From Zetaproteobacteria bacterium (GTDB lineage: Bacteria; Pseudomonadota; Zetaproteobacteria; Mariprofundales; Mariprofundaceae), in NCBI GenBank assembly GCA_002753275.1, contig PEAA01000005.1:493-64492 (forward strand): a DNA stretch of 64,000 bases. Reading direction: 5' to 3'. Positions 1 through 10,029 of this stretch are shown piece after piece; within the stretch, counting starts at the first letter, position 1, and the number at the start of each line of letters is the position of its first letter. A program made the position numbers and the translations under genes. Under the pieces are notes generated by a model. That model saw nothing but the letters and a program-made list of their open reading frames with translations, was not told the DNA's origin and made no database searches.

Positions 1-2074
1 TCGCTATCTAAGAATATTGTTTATCTTAATCGCCGGAATGATTTCATTGCGTTATATTTTTTGGCGAACGACCCATTCATTGCCTATGCAGGGGGATTTG
101 CCGTCCATTATCGGTGGCTTTGTTCTTTATTTTGCTGAGGTTCAAGCTGTGATTTTGTTTTTGCTTGGTATGTTTCTGTATGTTTATCCGCGTCAGCGGG
201 ATCCAATACCTTTGCCGAAAGATGGATCTTTGGAAGCGCCGACCGTTGATGTTTTTGTGCCAACCTATAATGAGCCAACTGCACTATTGCGAACCACGCT
301 GCTGGCAGTGGGTAATATCCGTTATCCTGCTGATAAAATGAATGTTTACCTTCTAGATGATGGGGGGACAGTTCAGAAACGGACGCAGTCCAATCTCCAT
401 GCTGCTCAGATTGCCCTTCATCGTCATGAGGAGTTGCAAGCGTTGTGTGCTGAGCTCGGGGTTAATTATTTAACCCGTGAGCGCAATGAAGAGGCTAAGG
501 CAGGGAATGTAAATTCAGCGTTGCGACAGACGCATGGAGAATTGATTCTTATTTTGGATTGTGACCATGTTCCAACAGTTGATTTTTTAGAGAATACCGT
601 GGTTCCATTTACTAGAGATGAGAAAGTGTATTTGGTTCAGACGCCTCATTTTTTAGTCAATGATGATGCGATTGAGCGAAATGTTGGTCGTCCAGAGAAT
701 ATGCCAAGTGAAGCAGAAATGTTTTATACCTCGACAATGCGTGGTCTTGATAACTGGGATGCTGCTTTTTTCTGTGGTTCTGGTGGCGTTTTGCGTCGTT
801 CAGCCCTGGAGGAGATTGGTGGTATCAGTACGGATACGGTGACAGAGGATATCGATACATCAGTTGAGCTTGCAAGTCGTGGCTATAAGAGTATTTACTA
901 TCATTTGCCTATGCTTGCGGGTCTCCAACCTGAGACGATTGCCGGTTTTATGACGCAGCGTCTTCGTTGGGCACATGGGATGTTGCAAGTTTTGTTGTTA
1001 AAACGCCCGCTTATTAAGCGTGGATTGGGTTTTTGGCAGCGTTTTGCGTTCTTTAATATGACATTCTACTGGATGTTTTCATTGATGCGTCTGGCCTTTC
1101 TTTTGGCTCCCGTTGCGTATTTATGTTTTGGTATCGGGCTTTACGCAGCACCTCCATCAGAAATTCTTATTTATGCGATGCCCAACCTGATTGCATTTAT
1201 GCTCTATTTTAATGTGATGTTTGGGCGGCAGCGGTGGTTTTTAACATCGGAAGTGTACGAGGTGTTACAGGCACTGTTTAATCTTCGAACGGTTCTGGCG
1301 GTGTTCTTAAATCCACGGCAAGGAAGTTTTAATGTGACGCCAAAGGATGAGAATATCGATAAAGATTTTGTGACGCCTCTAGCTAAACCTATCTATCTTC
1401 TTTTTGGTCTAATGTGCTGGGCAATGTATGAAGGATTTGTCAAGTTCTTGGATTTTGATTCTCCATTTTGGTCAATGGATGTGGCAGCATTTTGTTGGTG
1501 CATTTTGAGTTTTATGCTTGTGATTGGGGCAATGAGTCCATTACATGAGCGTAAACAGCGTCGTTATGCGCCGCGTTTTAAGGTGGATGTTGATGCAGGA
1601 ATTAATGGTATCCGAGGCCAAAGTGTTTTAGCTAAAATTGTTGATATGAGTGCACATGGCTTGCGGGTGAAGATCCAAGGTTCTGATAGTGCGATGGTCG
1701 CAGATAAGTATGTGATGGAGCTGTTTTGTCAGCCATTGAATAAACAGATTAAAATACATGTTGATGTGATAGGTCGAGATGTTGATGTGATTCATGATCA
1801 AGTCGTTTTGCGTTGTCACCATTCGCCGCTTTCTGTACAGGAAGAGCGTGATTTTATTGGTCTAGCTTATGGTGATAGCGAGCGGTGGCGAAAAGTCTTA
1901 ATTAACCGTAATAAAAGTTTTGGATTTTGGTCGGGCTTGGTCTTTTTCTTTACCAAAAATCTACCAGGTGGTATTGCACATCTTGTGTTCGAATTGAAAG
2001 AAAGTTCAGTTTGGGTTGTGAAATCATTGAGTTCGTTGTTTTTAAAAAAGGGGAAAGCTAATGAAACAATTTAG
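1..2074 (+). CDS. bcsA: Cellulose synthase catalytic subunit BcsA, 5'-partial, GT2 domain plus C-terminal PilZ c-di-GMP receptor
   Basis: The reading frame is open to nt 2, so the gene starts upstream of the window. GT2/BcsA motifs are present: LILDCDHVP, TEDIDTS and QRLRWAHG (QxxRW). PilZ motifs are present: RKQRR (RxxxR) and DMSAHGLRV (DxSxxG). There are multiple TM helices. The stop overlaps bcsB by 14 nt. Confidence 0.93.
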   Translation, partial: RYLRILFILIAGMISLRYIFWRTTHSLPMQGDLPSIIGGFVLYFAEVQAVILFLLGMFLYVYPRQRDPIPLPKDGSLEAPTVDVFVPTYNEPTALLRTTLLAVGNIRYPADKMNVYLLDDGGTVQKRTQSNLHAAQIALHRHEELQALCAELGVNYLTRERNEEAKAGNVNSALRQTHGELILILDCDHVPTVDFLENTVVPFTRDEKVYLVQTPHFLVNDDAIERNVGRPENMPSEAEMFYTSTMRGLDNWDAAFFCGSGGVLRRSALEEIGGISTDTVTEDIDTSVELASRGYKSIYYHLPMLAGLQPETIAGFMTQRLRWAHGMLQVLLLKRPLIKRGLGFWQRFAFFNMTFYWMFSLMRLAFLLAPVAYLCFGIGLYAAPPSEILIYAMPNLIAFMLYFNVMFGRQRWFLTSEVYEVLQALFNLRTVLAVFLNPRQGSFNVTPKDENIDKDFVTPLAKPIYLLFGLMCWAMYEGFVKFLDFDSPFWSMDVAAFCWCILSFMLVIGAMSPLHERKQRRYAPRFKVDVDAGINGIRGQSVLAKIVDMSAHGLRVKIQGSDSAMVADKYVMELFCQPLNKQIKIHVDVIGRDVDVIHDQVVLRCHHSPLSVQEERDFIGLAYGDSERWRKVLINRNKSFGFWSGLVFFFTKNLPGGIAHLVFELKESSVWVVKSLSSLFLKKGKANETI

Positions 2075-5000
2075 TTGTTTATCAAAAACATTTTGGGCGT
2101 TGTGCTCGTTTACACTGTTATTGAATAGTGGCGTCGTTGAGGCTGTGGATTCGGTTTCAGCAGAGGCGAAGGTTGTGCAAGCGCAAGGAACAGGCAAGGC
2201 AGTTATTCCTGTTTCCAATTCGTTAATTAAAGAGCAGGCTGATTTAGAGAGAAAAGCTGAAGAGTTGACGAAGTTGATTGAAAAACAACAGGCTGAAGCA
2301 AACCTCTTGGTAAAAAAATCGTCAGCATTGAATGAAAAAATCACGAGTTTAACCCAACAGCAGCAAGAGTTGAAGATCCAAACTGATCTTCTGGTAAAAG
2401 AACAGGGCAGTTTGGCTCAGCAGGGCGAAGCCTTTTCGAAACAACAAGAAGAATCTGGTAATGTGGCAGTGCGTTTGGAAAAAGATCAAGCGGCATTAAA
2501 GGGAAAAGATGCTGCGTTGTTGCAGCAGCAATCAGACCTTCAGGTGAAAATTGATGCTTTGGTTAAATCTCAGGCTGATATTAAAGGGCAGTTGGAGCAG
2601 CTAAATAAAGAGTCTGTCAAATTGAGTGGTGGTCACGATTCTGTTGTGAAACAGCGTGATGATGCAAAGAAAAACTTAGATGCAATGACAGAACAGCTTG
2701 CGGCATTGAAGGTGCGTTCGGATGCTTTGATTAAGGAGCAAACAGCAGTTGATGCGAAAATTGCTGCCAACAAGAAAGAGCATCAAGCCCTTGTCGCTAA
2801 AAATGATGCGTTGATTGCACAGCAGGCGACTCTACAAAAGAGTGTCAAGTCATCATCAACAGGTGATGCTGTCGCACAAGCGCATGATTTCGCTGCAAAT
2901 AAAAATGCAGAAGCTCAAAAAGCATTGGCTGATGCAAAAGAAAAGCGCGCCTTAGCGACCTCTGCAGCAACTAAAGAAAATTTGGCGGCAGCCAGTGTTG
3001 CTGAAGGTGTTGCGAAACAGAAGGTTGAAGAGGCCCGTTTAGCAACAATCGCACGGCAAACAGCAGAAAAGAGTGGTGGTGCGCCAAGTGCAGGTTCTGC
3101 ACAAGATCAAGCGAAATTATCAGTACTGGCAAAATCAATTAGTGATACGAAAGAACAGATTGTTGCTGTTGATAAGGTGTTAGATGCATTGAATAAACAG
3201 CATGCCGAACTGACAAAGCAGCAAAATGATGTGAATCATAAATTTCAATCCTTGACGCAAGAGCATGTTCAAGCCAAAAAGCAGTATGAAGTCTCTGTGA
3301 AATCAATGGATGAAGGGCTTGCTCAACAAGAACTTTTGTCGAAGAAAGTTTCTGCATTGAATGAACAGTCTGCGTTGTTGGTGAAGCAACAAGCCACCTT
3401 GGATAAAGCAATGAAAGATTTTAACGGTCAACGCGCTGATCTTAAGAAAAGTGGTGATTTGTTGGTGAAGCAATCGGTTGATTTGCAAAAAAGCAAAGAG
3501 TCCACTGATAAACAGAATTTAGCGTATCAAAATGCATTGGCCGAACTTGTGAAAAAACAGGATGCGTTGAAAGCGAAAGTTGAATCTTCAAATATTGCAT
3601 TGAATGATGCAAAAAAAGAGTCTCAAGCATTGGTTCAAGCACAAGCGGATAATCAGAAAACGCTCGATTCACTTCTTAAAGATAAGGTTGCTGTTGATGC
3701 AGATATTCAGCGTGTCGCAATGGCAAAAGAGAAAGAGATTAAAGATCGCTTAATTGCGGAGCAGAAGGCTGAAGAGGCGAGGCTTTTGGCCATTGCGGAA
3801 AAAGAGGCTGAAGAAAAACGGTTGGCAGAAGAGAAACGCCTACGCGCAATTGAGCAACAAGCGATGCAGAGTCGAGAAATTGAGCGTGTGAAACTTGCTA
3901 AAATTAATGAAAGCAAAGCTCGTTTGGCAGCGATTCAAAAAGAGATCTCTTCATTAAGTAGTGATGTGTCGAAATTGCAAATGTTGAAAGAGAGTATGGT
4001 TTATCCTCTTTATAACTTTGTAGATAAGTCTGAAATGAAAGATATGAATATTCGGATGGCAAATGGTACAGCTCAAGCGGAAGCCGTTATTCCGGTGTCG
4101 AGCCGTATTAATATTGAGTCGATGGATATCCATGTGGAATTTACTAACTCAGTATCACTTTTTAAAGATCGTTCACAATTGCGTTTCCGCTTTAACGGTA
4201 AAGTCATTGGTCAGGTTCCTCTTGAATCTGCTTATCCAGAAGGGGGAATTGATTTAATGATCCCTGCAGATTTAATTGTAACGGGTGATAATACATTAAG
4301 TTTTGAAACCAATCTGCATACAGCGCAGGCCAATGCATCACTTTATAGTTCAGAGCTTTGGGTTGAAATTGATGCGGAAAACTCAACGGTTACATTGAAT
4401 AAGTTGAATCAAAGTATTGATACCAAATTGTCGAATCTGCCAACATTGATTTATGGTAGTCAAATTGATGGTTTTTACCCTGTCTCTATGTTGACATTGA
4501 ATAACTATCCATCAGAAACCTTAATGAATGCGGAGTCCTTGATTACACAATCATTGGCACTTTTTACCAATCATGCGCCATTGCATGTTCATTCAGGCGT
4601 CGCTAAAGCGGCTGAAGGTGTCGATCAAGGATTGGGACTGTTATCTTTAGGTTTGCCAGAACGGACCATGGATAGTGTTGTTTTGGGTACATTTGCTGAC
4701 TTTGAAAAGATTTTTGGCCAATCGTTCTTTGCGAAAGATGAAGGAAGTTTGTCTCAGTATATCGGTTTGCATCAAAATCCATTGGATTCAAGTAAGTATA
4801 TTTTGATTATTGCTGGTGATAGTGAAGAGTCGGTGTTTAAAACTGCAGGTTATTTCACGCAAATGAATGCTTCGATGGAAAATCGTAGCGTTGTTACTTT
4901 TACTAAGGGCAATGAACCTGCATTGATCAAAAAAGATAATGCCAATTCATTGGGTGTTCAGCCAAAAATGCGCTATACATTCTCACAGCTAGGTTTTAAA

Positions 5001-6197
5001 ACGACCGTGCTGCAAGATGTTAATGATGGCGTTGATTTGAATGTTAAAATGCCAGCGGATTTGTTCGCAGTTGTTGATGATGATATTGAATTGATCATGC
5101 ACTTTACCTACGCCTCCGGTCTTGGCTCCGGTTCGATGGTTTCACTTCTTCTCAACGGTGAATTTCAATATTCGATTCCACTGAGCGATCCTGATGGTGT
5201 GAATGTTTCAGATTGGCGTATCAACATTCCATTGCGTGCTTTTAAACGCGGTGAAAATGTGATTCGTTTCCAAGGTCATATTGTTCCAGGTGAATCGGCG
5301 AAAGAGCATCAGCATATGGTGGATGCAATTCAAGTGACACTGTTTGATGATTGTGTGATTCGTGTTCCAAATATGAGCCACTATGCCCGTTTGCCTGATC
5401 TGAAATTGTTTGAAGGTGCAGGTTTCCCGTATGTTGAAAATAAAAACGAGAGTAGTTCATCGATTTATTTGCCCAATAAAAACTTTGATGATCTCTCGTC
5501 GGCGTTAACGATTGCAGGGAAAATGGCTCAGGTTCAAGGTCGTACAATTGACTCTGTTTTGCTCACTCATACGCTGAATAAAAGTGAAATGAAGAGTGTT
5601 ATCTATGTTGCAGATCGTGCAACGGTTGCACAAGATATTTGGCAGGCGTCACCGATTAGCAATAAAGATAACTTATTATGGATGCCAATGTCTGATGCTT
5701 TTAGCTTTTCAGGTGTTCCTCACAATGGACTGACCTCTTTTGTGGCTTTTGATCAGATTATTGAATCATTCACACGCATGGCGCAAGCACCTGTGATTCA
5801 GAAAGTGAATGTGGATAAACGCGGTTTGATTACCCAGTTTGAGTCACCGTATCATAAAGAGGCGAGTGTGACGCTGGTTACATCTGAAACACCACAATCC
5901 TTGCGTGAAGCTGTTTATACATTGGTCAATCAAGATGTTTGGTGCCAATTGAGTAAAGATACCTTGTTGTGGTCAATTGCAGATGACTATTCAAAGGTAG
6001 AGAATGTTGATGTGGTCAGCTTGAAGATCTCTGATGAGTATCATACAGGTAAGCTTTCATTCTTGGGGCGTGTAGCATATTTCTCAATTACTTACCCATT
6101 CTATCTCTTGGCAGTGTTGATGCTTGGCACAGTATTGTTTGCATGGTTCACCCGTGTGTTGTTGCAACGCCATAGAATTTTCCACAGCGGTAATTGA
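2061..6197 (+). CDS. bcsB: BcsB-like periplasmic cellulose synthase subunit with a long N-terminal coiled-coil extension (1378 aa)
   Basis: It overlaps the bcsA stop by 14 nt, the canonical bcsB position. It has an N-terminal signal peptide (cleavage around VEA/VD). Residues ~640-1378 are BcsB-sized and end in a single C-terminal TM anchor (YLLAVLMLGTVLFAWF). Residues ~54-640 are heptad-rich Q/K/A/L/E sequence. The BcsB domain call rests on position, size and topology and was not confirmed by a profile search. Confidence 0.75.
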   Translation: MKQFSCLSKTFWALCSFTLLLNSGVVEAVDSVSAEAKVVQAQGTGKAVIPVSNSLIKEQADLERKAEELTKLIEKQQAEANLLVKKSSALNEKITSLTQQQQELKIQTDLLVKEQGSLAQQGEAFSKQQEESGNVAVRLEKDQAALKGKDAALLQQQSDLQVKIDALVKSQADIKGQLEQLNKESVKLSGGHDSVVKQRDDAKKNLDAMTEQLAALKVRSDALIKEQTAVDAKIAANKKEHQALVAKNDALIAQQATLQKSVKSSSTGDAVAQAHDFAANKNAEAQKALADAKEKRALATSAATKENLAAASVAEGVAKQKVEEARLATIARQTAEKSGGAPSAGSAQDQAKLSVLAKSISDTKEQIVAVDKVLDALNKQHAELTKQQNDVNHKFQSLTQEHVQAKKQYEVSVKSMDEGLAQQELLSKKVSALNEQSALLVKQQATLDKAMKDFNGQRADLKKSGDLLVKQSVDLQKSKESTDKQNLAYQNALAELVKKQDALKAKVESSNIALNDAKKESQALVQAQADNQKTLDSLLKDKVAVDADIQRVAMAKEKEIKDRLIAEQKAEEARLLAIAEKEAEEKRLAEEKRLRAIEQQAMQSREIERVKLAKINESKARLAAIQKEISSLSSDVSKLQMLKESMVYPLYNFVDKSEMKDMNIRMANGTAQAEAVIPVSSRINIESMDIHVEFTNSVSLFKDRSQLRFRFNGKVIGQVPLESAYPEGGIDLMIPADLIVTGDNTLSFETNLHTAQANASLYSSELWVEIDAENSTVTLNKLNQSIDTKLSNLPTLIYGSQIDGFYPVSMLTLNNYPSETLMNAESLITQSLALFTNHAPLHVHSGVAKAAEGVDQGLGLLSLGLPERTMDSVVLGTFADFEKIFGQSFFAKDEGSLSQYIGLHQNPLDSSKYILIIAGDSEESVFKTAGYFTQMNASMENRSVVTFTKGNEPALIKKDNANSLGVQPKMRYTFSQLGFKTTVLQDVNDGVDLNVKMPADLFAVVDDDIELIMHFTYASGLGSGSMVSLLLNGEFQYSIPLSDPDGVNVSDWRINIPLRAFKRGENVIRFQGHIVPGESAKEHQHMVDAIQVTLFDDCVIRVPNMSHYARLPDLKLFEGAGFPYVENKNESSSSIYLPNKNFDDLSSALTIAGKMAQVQGRTIDSVLLTHTLNKSEMKSVIYVADRATVAQDIWQASPISNKDNLLWMPMSDAFSFSGVPHNGLTSFVAFDQIIESFTRMAQAPVIQKVNVDKRGLITQFESPYHKEASVTLVTSETPQSLREAVYTLVNQDVWCQLSKDTLLWSIADDYSKVENVDVVSLKISDEYHTGKLSFLGRVAYFSITYPFYLLAVLMLGTVLFAWFTRVLLQRHRIFHSGN
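2220..3710 (+). repeat. Two arrays of in-register 28-residue (84-nt) coiled-coil repeats inside bcsB (aa 54-277 and aa 355-550)
   Basis: Cutting aa 54-277 into 28-aa blocks gives these heads: SLIKEQ, LLVKKS, LLVKEQ, RLEKDQ, ALVKSQ, SVVKQR, ALIKEQ, ALIAQQ. Cutting aa 355-550 gives VLAKSI, ELTKQQ, VSVKSM, LLVKQQ, LLVKQS, ELVKKQ, ALVQAQ. The repeats are degenerate at the nucleotide level and conserved in the motif phase. Confidence 0.8.
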
Positions 6198-6203
6198 TAT
6201 CGC

Positions 6204-7250
6204 ATGAGACAAGGCTGTTTTGTCATTCATTGGAAAATTTGTCTTGTTTTGTTGGTCGCATCACTACTGGCTGCTTGTAGTGATGCGGAACGACCTGATC
6301 TTTGGAGTAAATATAAGCAACGCTTTTTGCAGCAAGATGGATCCATTGTCGATATTTCAAATGGAAGCATCCGACATTCGGAAGGGCAGGGAACAGGATT
6401 GCTCCTTGCCGTCGCCAACAATGATAAAGAATCGTTCGATCTCATTTGGAAATGGACGCAATCTAATTTACAACTACAGAGTGATAACAAACTCTTTGCT
6501 TGGAAATGGCAACCTCAATCGCCACATGTTTCTGATCTGAATAACGCCACGGATGGTGATATTTTAATTGCATGGGCGCTGCTACGCGCGTCCGAAAAGT
6601 GGAATCTTCCTACTTATAAGCAACAAGCCTTGATGATTCTTAATGATATTGAACGCTTGTTGGTTTACTCCTATCAAGGGAACTTGTTGCTGCTTCCAGG
6701 TCAGTATGGTTTTAAACATGAAGATGGCATTGTTATCAATCTTTCCTATTGGATTTTTCCTGCATTGAGACATTTTTCTAAAATCCAACCCAATAAACCC
6801 ATTTGGAACGATTTGATTCAAAGCGGTCAACAATTGATGGAAGATGGACATTTTGGTCCATGGAATATGCCAGCTGATTGGTTGATGGTGGGAGAGCATT
6901 TGATGTTGAGGAAGAATGTCCCACAACATTTTGGTTTAGATGCAGTGAGAATCCCTCTTTATCTTATTTGGGGCGGCTATTCATCACATATCGCTGTCAA
7001 ACGGGTCTCTCATTTTTGGGATTCGTTTACTGGCGTTGGTGCTTTCCCTGATTGGTTATCTCTTGAAGATACAGTTGTGCATATGGCGGGTTCGGCGGAA
7101 GGTGTTATTGCAATTGCTCATTTTGCACATGCAATGACTCAAAATGAATCAACATACACAACTCTTGATATCAATTGGCAGGAAATTGAGTATTATCAGG
7201 CCTCATTGGCACTATTGAGCGCTTTAGCTTGGGAGGATGTTCATCCATGA
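6204..7250 (+). CDS. bcsZ: Endo-1,4-beta-glucanase, glycoside hydrolase family 8 (BcsZ), predicted lipoprotein
   Basis: ATDGDILIAWALLRASEKW matches the GH8 signature A-[ST]-D-[AG]-D-x2-[IM]-A-x-[SA]-... The catalytic-Glu context SEGQGTG is present. There is a lipobox LLAAC after a hydrophobic leader. It sits between bcsB and bcsC. Confidence 0.9.
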   Translation: MRQGCFVIHWKICLVLLVASLLAACSDAERPDLWSKYKQRFLQQDGSIVDISNGSIRHSEGQGTGLLLAVANNDKESFDLIWKWTQSNLQLQSDNKLFAWKWQPQSPHVSDLNNATDGDILIAWALLRASEKWNLPTYKQQALMILNDIERLLVYSYQGNLLLLPGQYGFKHEDGIVINLSYWIFPALRHFSKIQPNKPIWNDLIQSGQQLMEDGHFGPWNMPADWLMVGEHLMLRKNVPQHFGLDAVRIPLYLIWGGYSSHIAVKRVSHFWDSFTGVGAFPDWLSLEDTVVHMAGSAEGVIAIAHFAHAMTQNESTYTTLDINWQEIEYYQASLALLSALAWEDVHP

Positions 7251-10018
7251 ATATCAGTAAAATCAAAACGATACCACTTCTTATGGTCGCTATTTTTTCA
7301 TTTGTAATTCAGCCGTCGATGCTGATTGCAGCGACATTTACAATATCAGATCGAGAACCAATTGAGTTTGCGAACGCTGATCTTACCGTGACTCATAAGA
7401 AGCGTGATTCTGTGAATAAAGTTGTTCGTAAAAAACAGCGCGAAATGGATGTGATGCGGAAAAATGAACTTGAGTCTTCGATGAAAATTGAAGGTGCTGC
7501 TAAAGGTCCTGCCGTCGTTGAGTCATCAGGCCAGGTCGTCAATGATGAAACAACTGTTACCCAAGTGGAAGATAATAGCGTTGAACAGATTATGGTCGGT
7601 GGTGTGCATGTCAGTGTTACCCGCCGTAAACCTGCCCCAAGTTTAGAAGAGCGACTTTGGAAGATGTACTCTGAAGGTAAGCTGACAGAGATTGAGCAGA
7701 CTATTGCCGCACAGCAGTCAAAAGATGTTAAATGGTCTCCTCCTAAAGAGCTTATTGGTTTGCTGGTTTTGCTTCGAGCGGATAAAAAGCTGCTTGCAGC
7801 ACAAGAGAAGGGCGATTATCAACTCGCCTTGGATATGTATAGTAAAAACCCAGCATCTTTTGGATGTGATCGTATTGGTTGGGCTTTTTTCTTGGCCGAA
7901 GCGCAGGTTCGTGCAAAACAGCCACAACTTGCACTTGGAACTTACCAACGCTTGTTAAAAACTTGTAACGATGATGCAAAAATGGCTTCACTTGAGCATA
8001 GTCAAGGTATTATTACCTCTGATAAGTGGCAACCGATGGTTTTAGGTCAATTGGGTGGCTCTTATAAAGGTGATAACCGCGAGAGGCTTGATAAACTCTA
8101 TTATAAAGTTTTATTGCAGAAAATTCAGGAAGCTTCTGATTATAAGCGTTACAAAGAGGCGCATGAGTTGGGTCTTAAACTTCAGCCGATGGTTTATAAG
8201 TATGATGATACATTGGCGGCTGAAATTATTGGTTGGTCCTTCTTTCGTGGCAAATATTTTGAAAATGGCTTAGAGAATTTTGATTATGCATTCAAGAAAA
8301 CCCATAGTCCTGATGCATTGCGCGGTAAAGTATTCTGTTTGGGTGAAACTGGTCGTTACGATGAACTCGACGAAACAGTCGAAGAGAATAAAACCATGTT
8401 AACCAAAGAGGGTGTTGTTAAAGATGTGTTGCCGATGATGGTTGGGAATGCATTGACCAAGAAAAATCACATTCGTGCATTGGCACTTCTTGATGAATTA
8501 GAAGCGATTCGACCACTTACCATGTCTGAACTGTCGATGCGTGGCTGGGCCTATTACCACTATGAAAAATTTGATTTGGCGGCTAAGCAGTTTCAGGACC
8601 TTTATGAGTTAAAACCTGACCGTGAAGTGGCGAAGGGGTGGTATTATGCACTTACGCGTGGGGGAAATAATACTGAGATTAAGCGTTTGGTGAACGAACT
8701 GGGTGATCCTTTCCGTTCATTTGTTCATCAAGAAGAGTCCAGCCAAGGAATGGCTTCCAATGCGCTTGGTGGGGTTTCTACCGATGTGCTTGCCAGTGTT
8801 GAGGAGCCTTTTGTTCGTTATGCATTTTTAACGAAGTTGCATAATGGGCAAGGTGCACCAACGATGTTTTCACGCATGGTATTAAGAAAACACATGCTTG
8901 AAGGCAATACTTCGGAAGGAAACCATGAATTCAACATTAAGTATGAACGGGTAACTATTGATGCTGGTAATGGTTTCATTGCTATTGATCCATTTCTTAA
9001 TCCTGTCCCTGCTGGGGTTGCACCAGGATTTACTGTAGGTACGATGCAGACAGTTCCTGGTCAGTTAAATTATGCTATTCCTAATATTCAAACTAAATAT
9101 TATGGCACAGAATGGTCGATAGGTTATGGATACCATGGAGATGGAACCTTGTATGGTGAATTGGGGCAAGTATTGATTCCATCGGCAATTAATGATGAAT
9201 GGAAGTGGCGTGTGGGTTATGCACGGGCATTTGATAAAGATTCTTGGCAATTTGAATTTTATCGTCAGCCACTGCGAGATACATTGATCTCATATATGGG
9301 TACGACCGATCCTTATTTGGGTATTCAAAAGTGGGGGCAAGTCCAGAGAAAGGGCATAAGTGTTGCTTATACGCGTAGCATGTCTCACAAAATGACTTTT
9401 GGTGGTAATTTTGCTACTGAGATGCGTACGGGACATAATGTAAGTGCTAATCGTAATATGGCGGCTTATGCGAGTTTGACCCGTGATATTAGTCCGCGTG
9501 GTTTCTCCTATTTTGCGGTTGGCCCTTATGGTCGTTGGCAGCAGGCGAAGATGAATCAGAATCATTACACCGTCGGTCATGGTAACTACTATAGCCCACA
9601 ACGACTGTTGGATTGGGGATTAGCCTCTTCATTTATGACGGATACCGGTAAAACATGGTTAATGCAAGCGGATGTTTCTTTGGGTAAACAGAGTGTTTGG
9701 GAAGGTTCTTCTCCTCTTTTTCCAACGGGTCTTCCACCTGTAGCTGGTATTCCAACAATTTACCCATCTTCAGCGAATCATGAGTATCATTTCTCATTCC
9801 AGGTGGCCGGTGTTTATGCCTTGACGGAACGGTGGCGTATCAGCGCTGAATATAAAAACTCGCGCGTGAAGTCTACATCTAAGGATCCGGCTAAGGCAGC
9901 ATTGGTTCCGATGCAAGAACACGCTTTTATGTTTAGTGCGACTTATCACTTTGATGATCGTGGTGAGTTCTTAACCCGTGGTGATTTCCCAGCGTTTAGA
10001 CTTAATCCGCTCTATTAG
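7247..10018 (+). CDS. bcsC: Cellulose synthase operon protein C (BcsC), TPR-like periplasmic region plus C-terminal outer-membrane beta-barrel
   Basis: The ATG at 7247 forms an ATGA overlap with the bcsZ stop and follows GGGAGGA by ~10 nt. The tracked ORF starts at a TTG at 7229. It has a signal peptide (LLMVAIFSFVIQPSMLIAA), a helical-repeat middle region, and an aromatic/Gly-rich C-terminal half ending in ...FRLNPLY. At ~923 aa it is shorter than E. coli BcsC. Confidence 0.8.
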   Translation: MNISKIKTIPLLMVAIFSFVIQPSMLIAATFTISDREPIEFANADLTVTHKKRDSVNKVVRKKQREMDVMRKNELESSMKIEGAAKGPAVVESSGQVVNDETTVTQVEDNSVEQIMVGGVHVSVTRRKPAPSLEERLWKMYSEGKLTEIEQTIAAQQSKDVKWSPPKELIGLLVLLRADKKLLAAQEKGDYQLALDMYSKNPASFGCDRIGWAFFLAEAQVRAKQPQLALGTYQRLLKTCNDDAKMASLEHSQGIITSDKWQPMVLGQLGGSYKGDNRERLDKLYYKVLLQKIQEASDYKRYKEAHELGLKLQPMVYKYDDTLAAEIIGWSFFRGKYFENGLENFDYAFKKTHSPDALRGKVFCLGETGRYDELDETVEENKTMLTKEGVVKDVLPMMVGNALTKKNHIRALALLDELEAIRPLTMSELSMRGWAYYHYEKFDLAAKQFQDLYELKPDREVAKGWYYALTRGGNNTEIKRLVNELGDPFRSFVHQEESSQGMASNALGGVSTDVLASVEEPFVRYAFLTKLHNGQGAPTMFSRMVLRKHMLEGNTSEGNHEFNIKYERVTIDAGNGFIAIDPFLNPVPAGVAPGFTVGTMQTVPGQLNYAIPNIQTKYYGTEWSIGYGYHGDGTLYGELGQVLIPSAINDEWKWRVGYARAFDKDSWQFEFYRQPLRDTLISYMGTTDPYLGIQKWGQVQRKGISVAYTRSMSHKMTFGGNFATEMRTGHNVSANRNMAAYASLTRDISPRGFSYFAVGPYGRWQQAKMNQNHYTVGHGNYYSPQRLLDWGLASSFMTDTGKTWLMQADVSLGKQSVWEGSSPLFPTGLPPVAGIPTIYPSSANHEYHFSFQVAGVYALTERWRISAEYKNSRVKSTSKDPAKAALVPMQEHAFMFSATYHFDDRGEFLTRGDFPAFRLNPLY

Positions 10019-10029
10019 TTGGCCTGCCC

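Noticed and set aside
7229-7246. This is the TTG start at 7229 for bcsC.
   Set aside because: The ATG at 7247 gives an ATGA overlap with bcsZ, is preceded by GGGAGGA, and starts directly at the signal peptide. The extra MGGCSS residues are unnecessary.
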